Below the pieces are notes generated by a model. It worked only from the letters and a program-made list of their open reading frames with translations. It was not told the origin of the DNA and did no database searches. DNA of 64,000 nt, taken from NCBI RefSeq assembly GCF_003018255.1, contig NZ_CP027440.1; one strand, written 5' to 3'. Origin of the DNA: Escherichia coli (lineage in GTDB: Bacteria; Pseudomonadota; Gammaproteobacteria; Enterobacterales; Enterobacteriaceae). This document shows positions 42,746 to 56,090 of this stretch, piece by piece. The position numbers and the translations under genes are program-made. Within the stretch, counting starts at the first letter, position 1; each line of letters starts with the position of its first letter.

Positions 42746-43486
42746 TTATTCGGCCTTGTTACCTTTATTCTGCTGCTCTATAGAAGCCAGAATCCCGCGC
42801 AGGATATTCAATTCCTGGCTTTCCGGGCGCGCACGGGTAAACAGACGGCGCAATTTATTCATCACCTGCCCCGGATGGTTTTCACGAATAAAACCGGTTG
42901 CCAGCAGCGTTTGTTCCAGATGACCATAAAAACGCTCCAGATCATCGACCAGCGGATACGGCGTCTCTTCATGCTCGACCTGCTCGCCATTTTCCTGAGT
43001 TGCCAGCCAGGCCATGCGCACTTCATAGGCAATAACCTGAACCGCCATCGCCAGGTTCAGCGAACTGTATTCCGGGTTAGCCGCAATCGCGACATGATAA
43101 TGGCATTTCTGCAGCTCTTCATTGGTCAAGCCGACGCGCTCGCGACCAAACACCAGTGCCACCGGGGTATTTGCCGCTTCAGCGACGCTTTTCAGACCGC
43201 ATTCGCGCGGGTCGAGCATCGGCCACGGCAGCGTGCGGGAGCGTGCGCTGGTGCCCACCACCAGGCTACAACCGGCTAACGCTTCGTCGAGCGTATCGAC
43301 GATGTGAGCATTACCAATCACATCGCTGGCCCCTGCTGCCAGGGCAATCGCCTGGGAGTCAGGTTTCACCAGTGGATTAACCAGCCACAGATTGGTTAAT
43401 CCCATTGTTTTCATGGCACGGGCAACAGACCCCATATTGCCGGTGTGTGACGTCTCCACCAGCACAATTCGAATATTTTGCAGCAT
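42746..43486 (-). CDS. trmJ: tRNA (cytidine/uridine-2'-O-)-methyltransferase TrmJ (246 aa)
   Basis: Starts [38 protein letters not shown], a SpoU/TrmH-family fold. Confidence 0.94.
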
Positions 43487-43532
43487 TGTCTTTCTTCATC
43501 TAAAGATTATTCACGCATCTTATCATAAAACG

Positions 43533-43561
43533 AAGACAGATGCCGATCTCGCTGCTATACT
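43533..43561 (+). promoter_or_regulatory. candidate suhB promoter
   Basis: AAGACA (43533-43538), 17 bp, TATACT (43556-43561), ~44 nt upstream of the suhB ATG. This is a sequence-only prediction. Confidence 0.35.
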
Positions 43562-43604
43562 CTGCGCCGTTTTCCCGTTCTTTAACATCCAGTGAGAGAG
43601 ACCG

Positions 43605-44408
43605 ATGCATCCGATGCTGAACATCGCCGTGCGCGCAGCGCGCAAGGCGGGTAATTTAATTGCCAAAAACTATGAAACCCCGGACGCTGTAGAAGCGAGC
43701 CAGAAAGGCAGTAACGACTTCGTGACCAACGTAGATAAAGCTGCCGAAGCGGTGATTATCGACACGATTCGTAAATCTTACCCACAGCACACCATCATCA
43801 CCGAAGAAAGCGGTGAACTTGAAGGTACTGATCAGGATGTTCAATGGGTTATCGATCCACTGGATGGCACTACCAACTTTATCAAACGTCTGCCGCACTT
43901 CGCGGTATCTATCGCCGTTCGTATCAAAGGCCGCACTGAAGTTGCTGTGGTTTACGATCCTATGCGTAACGAACTGTTCACCGCCACTCGCGGTCAGGGC
44001 GCACAGCTGAACGGCTACCGTCTGCGCGGCAGCACCGCTCGCGATCTCGACGGTACTATTCTGGCGACCGGCTTCCCGTTCAAAGCAAAACAGTACGCCA
44101 CTACCTACATCAACATCGTCGGCAAACTGTTCAACGAATGTGCAGACTTCCGTCGTACCGGTTCTGCGGCGCTGGATCTGGCTTACGTTGCTGCGGGTCG
44201 CGTTGACGGTTTCTTTGAAATCGGTCTGCGTCCGTGGGATTTCGCGGCAGGCGAGCTGCTGGTTCGTGAAGCGGGCGGCATCGTCAGCGACTTCACCGGT
44301 GGTCATAACTACATGCTGACCGGTAACATCGTTGCTGGTAACCCGCGCGTTGTTAAAGCCATGCTGGCGAACATGCGTGACGAGTTAAGCGACGCCCTGA
44401 AGCGTTAA
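43605..44408 (+). CDS. suhB: inositol monophosphatase family protein / Nus-complex factor SuhB (267 aa)
   Basis: Starts MHPMLNIAVRAARKAGNLIAKNYETPDAVEASQKGSNDFVTNVDK. The IMPase motifs WVIDPLDGTTNF and WDFAAG are present. Confidence 0.96.
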   Translation: MHPMLNIAVRAARKAGNLIAKNYETPDAVEASQKGSNDFVTNVDKAAEAVIIDTIRKSYPQHTIITEESGELEGTDQDVQWVIDPLDGTTNFIKRLPHFAVSIAVRIKGRTEVAVVYDPMRNELFTATRGQGAQLNGYRLRGSTARDLDGTILATGFPFKAKQYATTYINIVGKLFNECADFRRTGSAALDLAYVAAGRVDGFFEIGLRPWDFAAGELLVREAGGIVSDFTGGHNYMLTGNIVAGNPRVVKAMLANMRDELSDALKR

Positions 44409-44552
44409 TGACTCTGGCGGGTGATGTCACTCACCCGCCCTCGCCTTTCAGGCGCTATTCCGAAATACTTCCTCACCGCTTTACTTTCTTTCGCCACTCT
44501 CCCACCATCTTTCCCCGATTAATGGATGATAAAGAAGTCGCAAGGAAAGGTT

Positions 44553-45407
44553 ATGGCGCTGCCAGTGAACAAACGCGTTCTCAAAATTCTGTTTATTCTC
44601 TTTGTTGTTGCCTTCTGCATTTATTTAATACCGCGCATCGCCATCAATTTTTTCTATTACCCTGACGACAAAATCTACGGCCCCGATCCCTGGTCAGCCG
44701 AATCAGTAGAATTCACCGCTAAAGATGGCACTCGCCTACATGGTTGGTTTATCCCTTCTGCAACTGGCCCCGCTGAAAAGGCCATTGCCACCATTATTCA
44801 TGCTCACGGCAATGCCGGAAATATGTCCGCCCACTGGCCGCTGGTCAGTTGGTTACCCGAGCGTAATTTCAACGTTTTTATGTTTGATTATCGCGGGTTT
44901 GGTAAATCAAAAGGCACGCCGTCCCAGGCCGGATTGCTGGACGATACGCAAAGTGCCATCAATGTGGTGCGCCATCGCAGTGATGTAAACCCACAACGGC
45001 TGGTGCTGTTCGGGCAGAGTATTGGCGGGGCGAATATTTTGGATGTTATTGGTCAGGGTGATCGTGAAGGCATACGTGCGGTGATCCTCGACTCCACATT
45101 TGCCTCTTATGCGACCATCGCCAACCAGATGATCCCCGGCAGTGGCTACTTACTTGATGAGAGTTACAGCGGCGAAAATTACATCGCCAGCGTCAGCCCG
45201 ATCCCGCTTTTACTGATTCACGGTAAAGCTGATCACGTTATCCCATGGCAGCACAGCGAAAAGTTGTATAGCCTGGCAAAAGAGCCAAAACGGTTGATCC
45301 TAATCCCGGATGGCGAACACATTGATGCTTTTTCCGATCGTCACGGCGATGTTTATCGCGAACAGATGGTGGATTTTATCCTTAGCGCGTTGAATCCGCA
45401 GAACTAA
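44553..45407 (+). CDS. yfhR: alpha/beta-hydrolase family membrane-anchored protein YfhR (284 aa from ATG 44553)
   Basis: The ORF track starts at 44526, but the ATG at 44553 has a strong SD (AAGGAAAGG) 3 nt upstream. The protein has an N-terminal TM segment, the nucleophile elbow GQSIGG, and later D and H residues. Confidence 0.88.
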   Translation: MALPVNKRVLKILFILFVVAFCIYLIPRIAINFFYYPDDKIYGPDPWSAESVEFTAKDGTRLHGWFIPSATGPAEKAIATIIHAHGNAGNMSAHWPLVSWLPERNFNVFMFDYRGFGKSKGTPSQAGLLDDTQSAINVVRHRSDVNPQRLVLFGQSIGGANILDVIGQGDREGIRAVILDSTFASYATIANQMIPGSGYLLDESYSGENYIASVSPIPLLLIHGKADHVIPWQHSEKLYSLAKEPKRLILIPDGEHIDAFSDRHGDVYREQMVDFILSALNPQN

Positions 45408-45597
45408 CCCATGATCGCTAGCACGATAATCATTCACAAAACCACCTTAAGACATGCTAATCCACTGGTCAGAACAGTTTAAGATGAGAAAAATTCTGTG
45501 ACGCTTGCCAACATTTCTGATGATTAGCATTCCCTTCGCCATTTCCCTGAGCAAACTTTAGCTATTCTTATCAATTATGCTTATGGGAGATCTACAG

Positions 45598-46878
45598 ATG
45601 ATGCCTACGCTTGCTCCACCATCTGTCCTTTCGGCTCCCCAGCGCCGCTGCCAGATCTTGCTGACGCTCTTTCAGCCGGGGTTGACCGCCACCACGGCAA
45701 CTTTCAGCGAGCTTAATGGTGTGGATGATGATATTGCCAGTCTTGATATCAGCGAAACAGGACGGGAGATCCTGCGCTATCATCAACTCACACTGACTAC
45801 TGGTTATGACGGTAGCTACCGGGTTGAAGGTACAGTGCTTAACCAACGTTTGTGTTTATTTCACTGGCTACGACGTGGTTTCCGTCTGTGTCCGTCATTT
45901 ATTACCAGCCATTTCACCCCCGCCCTGAAGAGTGAACTGAAGCGGCGCGGAATTGCGCGTAACTTTTACGACGATACCAATCTACAAGCGTTAGTGAATC
46001 TCTGCTCCCGACGGCTGCAAAAACGCTTTGAAACGCGCGATATTCATTTCCTGTGTCTGTATCTGCAATATTGTTTGCTGCAACACCACGCTGGAATTAC
46101 GCCTCAGTTTAATCCGCTCCAACGTCGCTGGGCGGAATCCTGCCTTGAATTTCAGGTAGCGCAGGAAATTGGACGCCACTGGCAGCGTCGGGCGCTCCAG
46201 CCTGTACCGCCTGATGAGCCACTGTTTATGGCATTACTTTTTTCCATGTTGCGGGTTCCCGATCCACTGCGGGATGCGCATCAGCGGGACAGACAACTGC
46301 GTAAGTCTATCAAACGTCTGGTAAACCATTTTCGTGAGCTGGGAAATGTTCGTTTTTATGATGAACAGGGGTTATGCGATCAGCTTTATACCCACCTCGC
46401 CCAGGCGTTAAATCGCAGTTTGTTTGCCATCGGTATTGATAACACCCTGCCGGAAGAGTTCGCCCGCCTGTATCCACGCCTGGTGCGCACCACCCGCGCG
46501 GCGCTGGCCGGATTTGAAAGTGAATACGGCGTCCATCTTTCTGATGAGGAAAGCGGTCTGGTCGCGGTGATTTTTGGTGCCTGGCTAATGCAGGAAAACG
46601 ACCTGCATGAGAAACAGATTATTCTACTGACCGGGAATGATAGCGAGCGAGAAGCGCAGATTGAGCAGCAGCTACGCGAACTAACGTTACTGCCGCTCAA
46701 TATTAAACATATGTCGGTAAAGGCATTTTTGCAGACAGGCGCTCCGCGCAGCGCGGCACTGATTATTGCTCCTTATACCATGCCGTTACCGCTCTTTTCA
46801 CCACCGCTGATCTATACGGACCTGACGTTGACAACACATCAACAGGAGCAGATCCGCAAAATGCTCGAATCAGCATGA
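45598..46878 (+). CDS. csiE: stationary-phase inducible protein CsiE (426 aa)
   Basis: Trimmed to the ATG 45598 (MMPTLAPPSVLSAPQRRCQILLTLFQPGL), preceded by GGGAGA. Its 3' end overlaps convergent hcaT by 9 bp. Confidence 0.92.
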   Translation: MMPTLAPPSVLSAPQRRCQILLTLFQPGLTATTATFSELNGVDDDIASLDISETGREILRYHQLTLTTGYDGSYRVEGTVLNQRLCLFHWLRRGFRLCPSFITSHFTPALKSELKRRGIARNFYDDTNLQALVNLCSRRLQKRFETRDIHFLCLYLQYCLLQHHAGITPQFNPLQRRWAESCLEFQVAQEIGRHWQRRALQPVPPDEPLFMALLFSMLRVPDPLRDAHQRDRQLRKSIKRLVNHFRELGNVRFYDEQGLCDQLYTHLAQALNRSLFAIGIDNTLPEEFARLYPRLVRTTRAALAGFESEYGVHLSDEESGLVAVIFGAWLMQENDLHEKQIILLTGNDSEREAQIEQQLRELTLLPLNIKHMSVKAFLQTGAPRSAALIIAPYTMPLPLFSPPLIYTDLTLTTHQQEQIRKMLESA

Positions 46879-48009
46879 GGGAACAACTTTCGGGCGCAAA
46901 AACATTGCCGGAAGCGCCACCAGCGCCATCACCCAGAACACGCCGTGGCCCAGATATTGATACAGGAAACCGGCGAAAACGGTCATGATCGCAATACTGC
47001 CGCCCATCGCGACGGCAGAGTAAACCGCCTGTAAACGGATGACTTCGCTACCCTGGCGAGCGGCAATATAGCGCATGGCGGCCAGGTGGCAGACCGTGAA
47101 GGTGCCACAATGCAGAATTTGCACCACTATCAACCACGGCAACGCCGTAGTTGCTCCCATAATGCCCCAGCGCACTACGCCGCAAATCGCTGAGATCAAC
47201 AGCATATCGCGTGCACTACAACGGCGGAAAAGTTTATTACTCAGCGCAAAGATAATGACTTCCGCCACCACGCCCAGCGACCACAAATAGCCCACCGCCG
47301 AGGCCGAGTAGCCAGCAGCCTGCCAGTAAATGGCGCTAAAACCGTAATAGGCCGCATGCGCCCCCTGCAATAAACAAACGCAGGCCAGAAAGCGCCAGTT
47401 CTGGCGAACCAACGCCAACCACGCAGACCAACCGGTGCTCTCCTGCTGGCGGCTTGCCCCTTGTGGCTGAATCGTCGGACGGATGAGAAAGCCGAGCAGC
47501 ATGGATGCCACGCCCAACGTCAACAGCGCGAGGATCACCCGATAATCAAACATAGTGACCAGTTTGCCCGTCAGCGACGAGCCAATGACAAACGCCACCG
47601 AGCCCCACAATCGCACTTTGCCGTAATCAAGCGGGAACTGCTTTTGCCACGTATTCGCCAGTGCATCGGTCAACGGTACCAGCGGTGAGAAAAAGAGGTT
47701 AAAGCCAATCATCACCAGCATCAGCCACGCTACGTGCGCCCCCGCCCAGAAGGCGACAGCAAAGAGAAGTGTCAGCAGTGCCAGCACGCGCAAGGCGGAA
47801 ATCAGGCGAGAAGGATCGCTGACGCGGGGCGCGATGAGCAAGCTCCCGAGAAAACGGGCAACCAGACCTGCCCCCAATAACAGGCCGATGGTTTCTGGCG
47901 TTAAACCAATCCCCTTAAGCCAAACGCTCCAGAAAGGTAGAAAAATGCCGTAACTAAAAAAGTATGTGAAATAGCCGAGCGCCAACCAGCGCGTGGATTG
48001 CAAAACCAT
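46870..48009 (-). CDS. hcaT: MFS transporter, probable 3-phenylpropionate importer (379 aa)
   Basis: Polytopic hydrophobic ORF starting MVLQSTRWLALGYFTYFFSYGIFLPFWSVWLKG. It is adjacent to hcaR. Confidence 0.93.
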   Translation of the reverse strand: MVLQSTRWLALGYFTYFFSYGIFLPFWSVWLKGIGLTPETIGLLLGAGLVARFLGSLLIAPRVSDPSRLISALRVLALLTLLFAVAFWAGAHVAWLMLVMIGFNLFFSPLVPLTDALANTWQKQFPLDYGKVRLWGSVAFVIGSSLTGKLVTMFDYRVILALLTLGVASMLLGFLIRPTIQPQGASRQQESTGWSAWLALVRQNWRFLACVCLLQGAHAAYYGFSAIYWQAAGYSASAVGYLWSLGVVAEVIIFALSNKLFRRCSARDMLLISAICGVVRWGIMGATTALPWLIVVQILHCGTFTVCHLAAMRYIAARQGSEVIRLQAVYSAVAMGGSIAIMTVFAGFLYQYLGHGVFWVMALVALPAMFLRPKVVPSC

Positions 48010-48168
48010 GAGTCCCTCCCGTCAGGAGGCGTTAGTCTGGGGTTAATCGAATGTTGGTGCAAGTTGAAAAATAAGAATATTCGAGCCTGCTTCCCGATGT
48101 CTGTAACGCCAGTTCACAAGCACTAAAAAACTGCGATCCGCGACGCGTTTTGCAAAAATAATGCGTAA

Positions 48169-49059
48169 TTATGCCGTTACGCTTGCCAAACGTTCCTGCA
48201 CAATGGCGATGAAATCGCGTAATGCCGGCTTCATCTCCCCTTTCTTCCACGCCATCAGTAAAGCAATGGCAGGCACATTTCCGGCAATGGGTCGAAATAC
48301 CACCTGGCCGGTATTAAAATTATTCATATAACCGGGTATCAAAGTGACGCCCAGCCCCATCCCCACCAGATTCATGGTCACCAGAATATTCGTTGCCACC
48401 TGGACGATATTTGGCTGGCTGTTTTCTTGCGCAAACCACGCTTTAACGATCGGCGCAAGCGAACCGGAATACGCTGGATCAGTACTGACGAAATTCACGC
48501 CATCCAGTTGCGCGGCAGTGATCTCTTTTTCATGTGCTAAAGGGTGATCAACCGGTAACACCACCACTAATGGTTCGTCAAAAAGCTCCAGATAATCAAT
48601 CTCCGGGCTATAAACAGGATGGCGCATTAAGCCGACGTCGAGTTCACCACGGCGAATTTTTTCTTCCTGTTCCGTGGTGATTAAACTCACCAGCTCAATT
48701 AAGGTGTCTGGCTGTCTGAGACGAAACATCGGTAATACTTTTGGCAGTAAATTCACTTCCGCCGATGGCACAAAGCCAATGGTTAATTGTCTGTCTTCCT
48801 GAACAATTTTCCGCGCCCGTAATTTGGCATTTTCCGCTTGTTCGAGGATTGCCAGCGCGTCCTGGAGAAAACATTCTCCCGCCGCCGTCAACGCGACTTT
48901 GCGCTTATCCCTCACCAGCAACGGAACACCGACACAGTTTTCAAGATCGCGGATCTGGCTGCTTAACGAAGGCTGTGAGGTATGCAGTTTTTCCGCCGCA
49001 CGGGTAAAGTTCAGTGCCTGCGCCACTGCGACGAAATAGCGTAAATGCCGTAGTTCCAT
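48169..49059 (-). CDS. hcaR: LysR-type activator of the hca operon (296 aa)
   Basis: Trimmed to the ATG 49057-49059 (MELRHLRYFVAVAQALNFTRAAEKLHTSQPSLSSQIRDLE). It is divergent from hcaE. Confidence 0.95.
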   Translation of the reverse strand: MELRHLRYFVAVAQALNFTRAAEKLHTSQPSLSSQIRDLENCVGVPLLVRDKRKVALTAAGECFLQDALAILEQAENAKLRARKIVQEDRQLTIGFVPSAEVNLLPKVLPMFRLRQPDTLIELVSLITTEQEEKIRRGELDVGLMRHPVYSPEIDYLELFDEPLVVVLPVDHPLAHEKEITAAQLDGVNFVSTDPAYSGSLAPIVKAWFAQENSQPNIVQVATNILVTMNLVGMGLGVTLIPGYMNNFNTGQVVFRPIAGNVPAIALLMAWKKGEMKPALRDFIAIVQERLASVTA

Positions 49060-49158
49060 CACCTTCCCCTTGTTATCGAAAAAACGTCTCAGCTGGTAGA
49101 AATTAACTATTTCACATATCAGCAACCAACCAGCAACATCCTTATGGCACAAAAATAG

Positions 49159-51070
<1,912 letters not shown>

Positions 51071-51071
<1 letters not shown>

Positions 51072-51391
51072 TGAATCGAATTTATGCGTGTCCCGTTGCG
51101 GATGTGCCGGAGGGTGAGGCTCTCCGGATCGATACCTCGCCCGTCATCGCCCTGTTCAACGTAGGCGGCGAGTTTTATGCCATTAACGATCGTTGCAGCC
51201 ATGGTAATGCGTCGATGTCAGAAGGGTATCTGGAAGATGACGCCACGGTGGAGTGCCCGCTGCACGCCGCCAGTTTTTGCCTGAAAACGGGGAAAGCGTT
51301 ATGCCTGCCCGCCACCGATCCGCTAACCACTTATCCAGTACACGTTGAAGGTGGTGACATCTTCATCGACTTACCGGAGGCGCAGCCATGA
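51071..51391 (+). CDS. hcaC: Rieske ferredoxin component (106 aa)
   Basis: The Rieske ligands are CSHG...CPLH. Its start overlaps the hcaF stop (TGATG). Confidence 0.95.
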
Positions 51392-52200
51392 GCGATCTGC
51401 ATAACGAGTCCATCTTTATTACCGGCGGCGGATCGGGATTAGGCCTGGCGCTGGCCGAGCGATTTATCGAAGAAGGCGCGCAGGTTGCCACGCTGGAACT
51501 GTCGGCGGCAAAAGTCGCCAGTCTGCGTCAGCGATTTGGCGAACATATTCTGGCGGTGGAAGGTAACGTGACCTGCTATGCCGATTATCAACGCGCGGTT
51601 AATCAGATCCTGACTCGTTCTGGCAAGCTGGATTGTTTTATCGGCAATGCGGGCATCTGGGATCACAATGCCTCACTGGTTAACACTCCCGCAGAGACGC
51701 TCGAAACCGGCTTCCACGAGCTGTTTAATGTCAACGTACTCGGTTACCTGCTGGGCGCAAAAGCCTGCGCTCCGGCGTTAATCGCCAGTGAAGGCAGCAT
51801 GATTTTCACACTGTCAAACGCCGCCTGGTATCCCGGCGGCGGTGGCCCGCTGTACACCGCCAGTAAACATGCCGCAACCGGACTTATTCGCCAACTGGCT
51901 TATGAACTGGCACCGAAAGTGCGGGTGAATGGCGTCGGCCCGTGTGGTATGGCCAGCGACCTGCGCGGCCCACAGGCGCTCGGGCAAAGTGAAACCTCGA
52001 TAATGCAGTCTCTGACGCCGGAGAAAATTGCCGCCATTTTACCGCTGCAATTTTTCCCGCAACCGGCGGATTTTACGGGTCCGTATGTGATGTTGGCATC
52101 GCGGCGCAATAATCGCGCATTAAGCGGTGTGATGATCAACGCTGATGCGGGTTTAGCGATTCGCGGCATTCGCCACGTAGCGGCTGGGCTGGATCTTTAA
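51388..52200 (+). CDS. hcaB: cis-dihydrodiol dehydrogenase, SDR family (270 aa)
   Basis: It has TGGGSGLG cofactor motif and the YTASKHA catalytic motif. It overlaps hcaC by 4 bp. Confidence 0.95.
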   Translation: MSDLHNESIFITGGGSGLGLALAERFIEEGAQVATLELSAAKVASLRQRFGEHILAVEGNVTCYADYQRAVNQILTRSGKLDCFIGNAGIWDHNASLVNTPAETLETGFHELFNVNVLGYLLGAKACAPALIASEGSMIFTLSNAAWYPGGGGPLYTASKHAATGLIRQLAYELAPKVRVNGVGPCGMASDLRGPQALGQSETSIMQSLTPEKIAAILPLQFFPQPADFTGPYVMLASRRNNRALSGVMINADAGLAIRGIRHVAAGLDL

Positions 52201-53412
<1,212 letters not shown>

Positions 53413-53508
53413 CCAGGATAATTAGCGAATATCTCAATGCCAGGGGCGTGGCGAGGTGCAAGAGTGTGTATTACGTTTAAATCACATTATCTTGCAAAGG
53501 GATTGGTT

Positions 53509-53931
53509 ATGAACTCACTACGTTATTTTGATTTTGGTGCTGCACGCCCCGTTTTGTTATTAATTGCCCGTATCGCCGTGGTCTTAATTTTCATTATTTT
53601 TGGTTTTCCCAAAATGATGGGCTTTGACGGTACGGTCCAATATATGGCCTCGCTGGGCGCGCCGATGCCGATGCTGGCAGCGATTATTGCGGTAGTTATG
53701 GAAGTGCCCGCCGCGATATTAATCGTGCTTGGCTTTTTCACCCGTCCGCTGGCGGTGCTGTTTATTTTCTACACGCTGGGTACGGCGGTGATTGGTCACC
53801 ATTACTGGGATATGACCGGCGATGCGGTTGGGCCAAATATGATTAATTTCTGGAAGAATGTCAGTATCGCTGGCGCATTCCTGCTGTTGGCAATTACCGG
53901 GCCGGGGGCGATTTCTCTCGATCGGCGTTAG
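53509..53931 (+). CDS. yphA: DoxX-family inner membrane protein YphA (140 aa)
   Basis: Trimmed to the ATG 53509 ([35 protein letters not shown]), preceded by AAGGGA. It has four hydrophobic segments. Confidence 0.9.
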   Translation: MNSLRYFDFGAARPVLLLIARIAVVLIFIIFGFPKMMGFDGTVQYMASLGAPMPMLAAIIAVVMEVPAAILIVLGFFTRPLAVLFIFYTLGTAVIGHHYWDMTGDAVGPNMINFWKNVSIAGAFLLLAITGPGAISLDRR

Positions 53932-53938
53932 GAAAGAT

Positions 53939-54070
53939 GCCGGATGCGGCGTGAACGCCTTATCCTGCCTACCGTTCCAACACCAATTGTAGGCCTGATA
54001 AGACGCGGCAAGCGTCGCATCAGGCATCGTGCGCCGAGTGCCGGATGCGGTGTGAACGCCTTATCCGGCA
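53939..54070. repeat. BIME with three REP units between yphA and yphB
   Basis: gccggatgcggcgtgaacgccttatcc (53939-), gtaggcctgataagacgcggcaagcgtcgcatcaggc (53989-) and gccggatgcggtgtgaacgccttatccggc (54040-). Confidence 0.85.
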
Positions 54071-54079
54071 TTTTATAAA

Positions 54080-54952
54080 TTACAGTAACGCAACCCGCAA
54101 CGACATCTCTGAAGTTGTTGATTCCCCTGGTGCAAGCGCAATGAGGTCACCACCTTCCGGGCGATGATGGTCATCTGGCGCATGGCTCATCGGTTCCAGA
54201 CAGAAGAAATCAAACGCATATCCTTTATCAAACGCCGGGTCGGAAACAAAGATGAAATAACACGGTGCAGGTGGCGTCGTTTCTATGATGATGGCATAAC
54301 CCTCCTGCGGCTGCTCGATGCGGGCCTGACCATTCCATCCGGCAAAACCATTGTTCACCCACTGGCGCGGCAACGGCGCGAGCTGGTTAAAATCCAATTC
54401 TTGCGGTAGCTGCTCGCAAAACTCACCCGCCAGCCACTGCTCCCGCTCCAGCCAGTAACCGCTCGCCTGTGCCTGAATCCGCGTTTGCGGCGACAACGGA
54501 AAATAAGGATGCCAGCCGGTACCAAATGGCAGCGTCTCTGCCCCTTGATTGGTGACAGAGAGTGTCACCGTCAGCGTATCCGCCGTTAAATGAAACGTCT
54601 GGCTTACCCGATAGTGATAAACACCGCTGCGATGTTCATACACCAGACACAAGATATCATCATTGCGCGAGACACATTGCCACTGCCCCAGCCAGCCGTC
54701 GCCGTGCAGATAGTGCGCATCCCACTCAACATTCGGTTGCAGTTGATACTCACGCCCCTGCCAGACAAAACGGTTGCCGCTCACCCGGTTTGCAAATGGC
54801 ACCAGCGGAAAACAAGAGGCATCGGTTGCCACACCGTTTTTTTTACCAGGACGTAAGAGCGGCGTCGTATCGCGCCAGAAGCCTTCGATTACGCCGCCCT
54901 GGTCAGAAACGCCCAGCTTTAGCGACCCGTGGGATAAGGTATAGATGGTCAT
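54080..54952 (-). CDS. yphB: aldose 1-epimerase family protein (290 aa)
   Basis: Full ORF starting MTIYTLSHGSLKLGVSDQGGVIEGFWRD, with a mutarotase-like fold. It is the last gene of the yphGFEDCB string. Confidence 0.9.
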   Translation of the reverse strand: MTIYTLSHGSLKLGVSDQGGVIEGFWRDTTPLLRPGKKNGVATDASCFPLVPFANRVSGNRFVWQGREYQLQPNVEWDAHYLHGDGWLGQWQCVSRNDDILCLVYEHRSGVYHYRVSQTFHLTADTLTVTLSVTNQGAETLPFGTGWHPYFPLSPQTRIQAQASGYWLEREQWLAGEFCEQLPQELDFNQLAPLPRQWVNNGFAGWNGQARIEQPQEGYAIIIETTPPAPCYFIFVSDPAFDKGYAFDFFCLEPMSHAPDDHHRPEGGDLIALAPGESTTSEMSLRVALL

Positions 54953-54963
54953 CCGCTAACTCC

Positions 54964-56025
54964 TTAATCCGGGAAGTTAATCACAACTTTCCCGCATTTG
55001 CCGCTTGCCATCAGTGCATAAGCATCTCCCGCCTGTTCCAGCGAGAAGCGGTGGGTAATGGCGTTACGCGGCCACAGTTTCCAGTCCGTTAAATCGTGGG
55101 CGCATTTTTCCATATGGAACAGACTGGTCACCCAGGAGCCGATAATCCGCCGTTGATGGTGCATCAGGTCGGCGCTAACCTCGAACTCGACTTTTCCGGT
55201 TTCACCAATGTAAACCACGCGTCCCCAGTCAGCGGTGGATTGCAGTGCCAGTAAGCGACCTGCGGCATTACCGGAACAATCAAGCGCAACATCCGCGCCG
55301 CCGTGAGTGAGTTCGGCGATTATCTGCGGCAGACCTTCGGTGGTCGCTAAATAGCCGTGATCCATCACTCCTAACTGTTTCGCCATCGCCAGACGTTCCG
55401 GCAGCATATCAACGCCGATGATCCTTTTTGCACCGCGACCTTTCGCCAGCATCATCGCCATCATGCCGACCGGCCCCAGACCGACCACCAGTACGTTATC
55501 ACTGCCGGAAACTTCGCCGCGCAAAATCCCTTCATACGCTGTACCAACGCCGCAACTGATAAACGCACCATCTTCGTAACTCAGTGCATCCGGCAGGAGG
55601 ATCAGATCTTTTTCTTCCGCCAGCAGATATTCGGCATGACCGCCGTCACGCTGCCAGCCGTAAGCCGCTTTTCCTTCGCCAGTACAAGAGATAGGAAAGC
55701 CGCGACGGCAGTTCGGGCAAAAACCACAGCCAGAAATGTGATACACCAGCACACGGTCGCCCTCTTTAAAATGGCGGCAGCCTTGCCCCATCGCCACAAT
55801 CTGCCCGCACGGTTCATGACCGTTGATAAATCCCTGGTATAACGGTTTATCGGGTGCCGCTGCCGTGGCACGGTGTTGATGATAGATATAGTGGACATCG
55901 CTTCCGCAAATCCCGGAGGATTTCATTTTGATCAGTACCTGGTTAATCCCCGGCGTCGGCACCGCAACTTCCCGCAGATCGACGGTCGAATTTCCTGGTA
56001 AATAAGCTGCCAGCATCGTTTTCAT
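54964..56025 (-). CDS. yphC: zinc-dependent alcohol/polyol dehydrogenase family protein (353 aa)
   Basis: Trimmed to the ATG at 56025 (MKTMLAAYLPGNSTVDLREV). Motifs present are GICGSDVH, GHEPCG and GLGPVG. Confidence 0.9.
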   Translation of the reverse strand: MKTMLAAYLPGNSTVDLREVAVPTPGINQVLIKMKSSGICGSDVHYIYHQHRATAAAPDKPLYQGFINGHEPCGQIVAMGQGCRHFKEGDRVLVYHISGCGFCPNCRRGFPISCTGEGKAAYGWQRDGGHAEYLLAEEKDLILLPDALSYEDGAFISCGVGTAYEGILRGEVSGSDNVLVVGLGPVGMMAMMLAKGRGAKRIIGVDMLPERLAMAKQLGVMDHGYLATTEGLPQIIAELTHGGADVALDCSGNAAGRLLALQSTADWGRVVYIGETGKVEFEVSADLMHHQRRIIGSWVTSLFHMEKCAHDLTDWKLWPRNAITHRFSLEQAGDAYALMASGKCGKVVINFPD

Positions 56026-56090
56026 AAATCCCTCATTAACAATACGATTAATTTTCATCCCTGCCGCACCCGCGCCAGGGGCGTTAAGGT

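Noticed and set aside
40992-44306. Other long antisense ORFs. Examples are 40992-41870 (+, 292 aa), 42620-43279 (+, 219 aa), 43656-44306 (-, 216 aa), 17897-18634 (+), 35641-36324 (+), 56152-56982 (+), 61585-62238 (+) and 21685-22263 (+)
   Set aside because: Each is fully contained opposite a well-recognised gene (iscS, trmJ, suhB, bamB, pepB, yphD, yphG, ispG). None has an SD or start context, and none has a recognisable motif.
45494-45515. Possible CRP site upstream of csiE (ttcTGTGAcgcttgCCAACatt), and a GAAAT-N5-ATTTC palindrome (49099-49113) in the hcaR-hcaE spacer as an HcaR operator
   Set aside because: The CRP right half-site matches only 2 of 5 positions. The 5-bp-arm palindrome is statistically unremarkable. 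Both are too weak to annotate from sequence alone.
46870-46878. 9-bp convergent overlap of the csiE and hcaT 3' ends
   Set aside because: It is a real feature of the sequence but is ordinary for convergent E. coli genes that share a terminator-less junction. I found no evidence of special regulation.
53939-54070. Clusters of similar ~30-bp palindromic units (also at 4434, 35457 and 42656) considered as a possible CRISPR array or MITE
   Set aside because: They carry the REP signature (GCCGGATGCG...CTTATCCGGC / GCCTGATAAGACGC...CATCAGGC) in alternating orientation, typical of BIMEs. There are no regular unique spacers and no cas genes.
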